A model generated the notes under the pieces. The model ran no database searches, was not told where the DNA came from, and was given only the letters and a program-made list of their open reading frames with translations. Source: Entomortierella parvispora E1425 (lineage: Eukaryota > Fungi > Mortierellomycota). Taken from it: a stretch of 64,000 bases of DNA. Below are positions 62,515 to 64,000 of this stretch, one piece after another; within the stretch, counting starts at the first letter, position 1; every line of letters starts with the position of its first letter. A program made the translations under genes and the position numbers. Location: positions 558,001 through 622,000 of the forward strand of contig BQFW01000006.1 in assembly GCA_020891255.1 (NCBI GenBank), in the 5' to 3' direction.

Positions 62515-63264
62515 ATGTCTCCCATGCATAGGGGCCTCACTTTCAACGGTCTTCAGAAGAAACCCATCCACTCGATCTATTGCGCCAACCATGAGCTCCT
62601 CGACTACATTTCCACCAAGTGGCACATCCCAAAGGAGGACGACATCGACACCTCGGGTGTTTCCAGTGGAATCGACAATTGCGTCTATCTCAAGACCTCT
62701 AAAACTGCCTCCTGTGCTGAGCGACTTGTTTTCGATGGCACTCGCAGTCATTTCGGTATATACAAAGACACCGTGTTCAAAAATCTGGGCTCTCCGTTGG
62801 CGCTCTACCGACTCGTCTGCACGTTCCCTGAGGCGGTCCATGCAGAGCCAACCGACAAGTCTGCATGGTGGTCCGCATTCACGCACAAGGCCACTGGCAA
62901 GTTCTTTGGTTTTGATGATATCAAAGGACGCGTTGCGCTCCGGATCCGAAGCAGAGAGGTCTACTTGCGAGATTACCAACGCAAAAACAAGGACCGAGGG
63001 AGTGTCTGGCGCGCCATGAAAGCACTGAAGAAAAGTGAGTCTTATGAGGAGATTTCAAGACCTTACTCGGAGGTGCTGCCACGGGAGTTGGTGGATCATC
63101 TGTGTGCACCCGAGACGGAGGATCCAGAGCTGTTGCAAGAGTTGAGACAGTTTGTCGAGGACAACAAGGTCTTCAGAGAGGATTTGCTTGAGCTGTTGAA
63201 TTATTTGGCCTCGGATCAGTGTGCCCATGGATACGATGACCTGGTGGCCGGTTATGTAGCCTGA
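62515..63264 (+). CDS. Uncharacterised partner-family gene B, 249 aa, apparently intact and intronless
   Basis: Open ORF with paralogs at 50914 and 63569. Conserved core LGSPLALYRLVCTFP...WWSAFTHKATGKFFGFDDIKG; C-terminus DLLELLNYLASDQCAHGYDDLVAGYVA. No domain recognised. Confidence 0.75.
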   Translation: MSPMHRGLTFNGLQKKPIHSIYCANHELLDYISTKWHIPKEDDIDTSGVSSGIDNCVYLKTSKTASCAERLVFDGTRSHFGIYKDTVFKNLGSPLALYRLVCTFPEAVHAEPTDKSAWWSAFTHKATGKFFGFDDIKGRVALRIRSREVYLRDYQRKNKDRGSVWRAMKALKKSESYEEISRPYSEVLPRELVDHLCAPETEDPELLQELRQFVEDNKVFREDLLELLNYLASDQCAHGYDDLVAGYVA

Positions 63265-63568
63265 TCACCACCCCGTTTTTTTTTCTACGGAGCGAGAATA
63301 GATTCTCAATAGTTGCTCAAGAGAACAAATGAAAACACTCTTGAAGACCTTGCATGACGTGGGAGAGGTAGGAGGGAAGAAAGGGCAAAGTAATGAGTGG
63401 TGGGCAAATGACATTGCCCCCCTTCAAATCAAGAATTTTGGGCACAAGATGGTGGCACAGAGAGGGCACCGTTGGACTATTTAAAAGAACCATCCTTTTT
63501 TTTTTCTCTCTCTCTCTCTCATTTCAAGCCTTCCTATTAGTCCACATCCCTCTCCAAAATACAAAACC

Positions 63569-64000
63569 ATGTCAGCCTTGTTCGACACCCTCACCTTCAA
63601 TGGTCTTCAGAAGAAACCCGCTACCTCAAGATATAGCGCCAACCACGAGATCCTTGAGCATATAACAAGCAAATGGCACATTCCCGAGAAGGACACCTTC
63701 ACCACTGACGGCACCTGCAGTTTAACTGACACCTGTGTCTATCTCAAGACGTCCAAGGATGGCTCCTTCCCTGAACAACTCGTTTTCGACGGTGGGCGTG
63801 GTTTCTACAACTTGGAAAGGAAGATTCTGTTCAAGGATCTAGGTTCCCCCTTATGTCTCTACCGACTCGTCTGCACCTTCCCCGAGGCGGTCCATGCAGA
63901 GCCAACCGACAAGTCTGCATGGTGGTCTGCATTCACGCACAAGGCCACTGGCAAGTTCTTTGGGCTTGATGATATCAAAGGACGCATCGCGCTCCGGATC
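63569..64000 (+). CDS. Uncharacterised partner-family gene C, 3'-partial at the window edge (absent from the ORF track)
   Basis: ATG at 63569 is open to base 64000: MSALFDTLTFNGLQKKPATSRYSANHEILEHITSKWHIPEKD...LGSPLCLYRLVCTFPEAVHAEPTDKSAWWSAFTHKATGKFFGLDDIKGRIALRI, homologous to gene B. Confidence 0.8.
   Translation, partial: MSALFDTLTFNGLQKKPATSRYSANHEILEHITSKWHIPEKDTFTTDGTCSLTDTCVYLKTSKDGSFPEQLVFDGGRGFYNLERKILFKDLGSPLCLYRLVCTFPEAVHAEPTDKSAWWSAFTHKATGKFFGLDDIKGRIALRI

Larger units (their letters stand above)
40711..63180 (+). repeat. Segmental tandem duplication, unit ~11.6 kb (~40.7-51.5 kb vs ~52.3-63.2 kb)
   Basis: Homologous upstream block, sacsin-BTB gene, 3' intergenic region and partner gene recur in the same order. 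ATG offsets are 11,587 bp (large genes) and 11,601 bp (partners). Confidence 0.9.

Overview
Intron-containing fungal genomic DNA. GT-AG introns of about 80-470 nt, the gene set and the low-complexity Ser/Gln tracts suggest Mortierellaceae (Mucoromycota); this is inference. Gene models were spliced by hand and checked for frame. Left part (1-30.1 kb): a partial LRR/F-box-like gene, a bZIP transcription factor, an OTU2/OTUD6-type deubiquitinase, a PIG-L/LmbE-like deacetylase with a long acidic N-terminal region, cytosolic leucyl-tRNA synthetase (minus strand), a probably GPI-anchored CE4 chitin deacetylase, a large RasGEF with a long AG-free first intron, and two tandem Pro/Tyr-rich single-pass membrane paralogs. 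Right part (30.6-64 kb): an accessory tandem array of three intact 5-exon genes of about 2,900 aa. Each encodes two sacsin-type GHKL/Hsp90-like ATPase repeats, a long divergent middle region and a C-terminal BTB/BACK-like domain with an acidic coiled-coil tail. Copies 2 and 3 lie in an ~11.6 kb duplicated unit that also carries a small uncharacterised partner gene; three partner copies are visible, the last cut off by the window end. The array shows patchwork sequence exchange (an ~710 bp near-identical tract shared by copies 1 and 3, including an intron), a frame-compensated indel pair in one partner, and a 203-bp tandem repeat at a unit junction. This sacsin-BTB plus partner array is the best candidate for an undescribed system, possibly in conflict/immunity or protein quality control. 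Its function is not shown by the sequence. No tRNA, rRNA, CRISPR array or recognisable transposase was seen.
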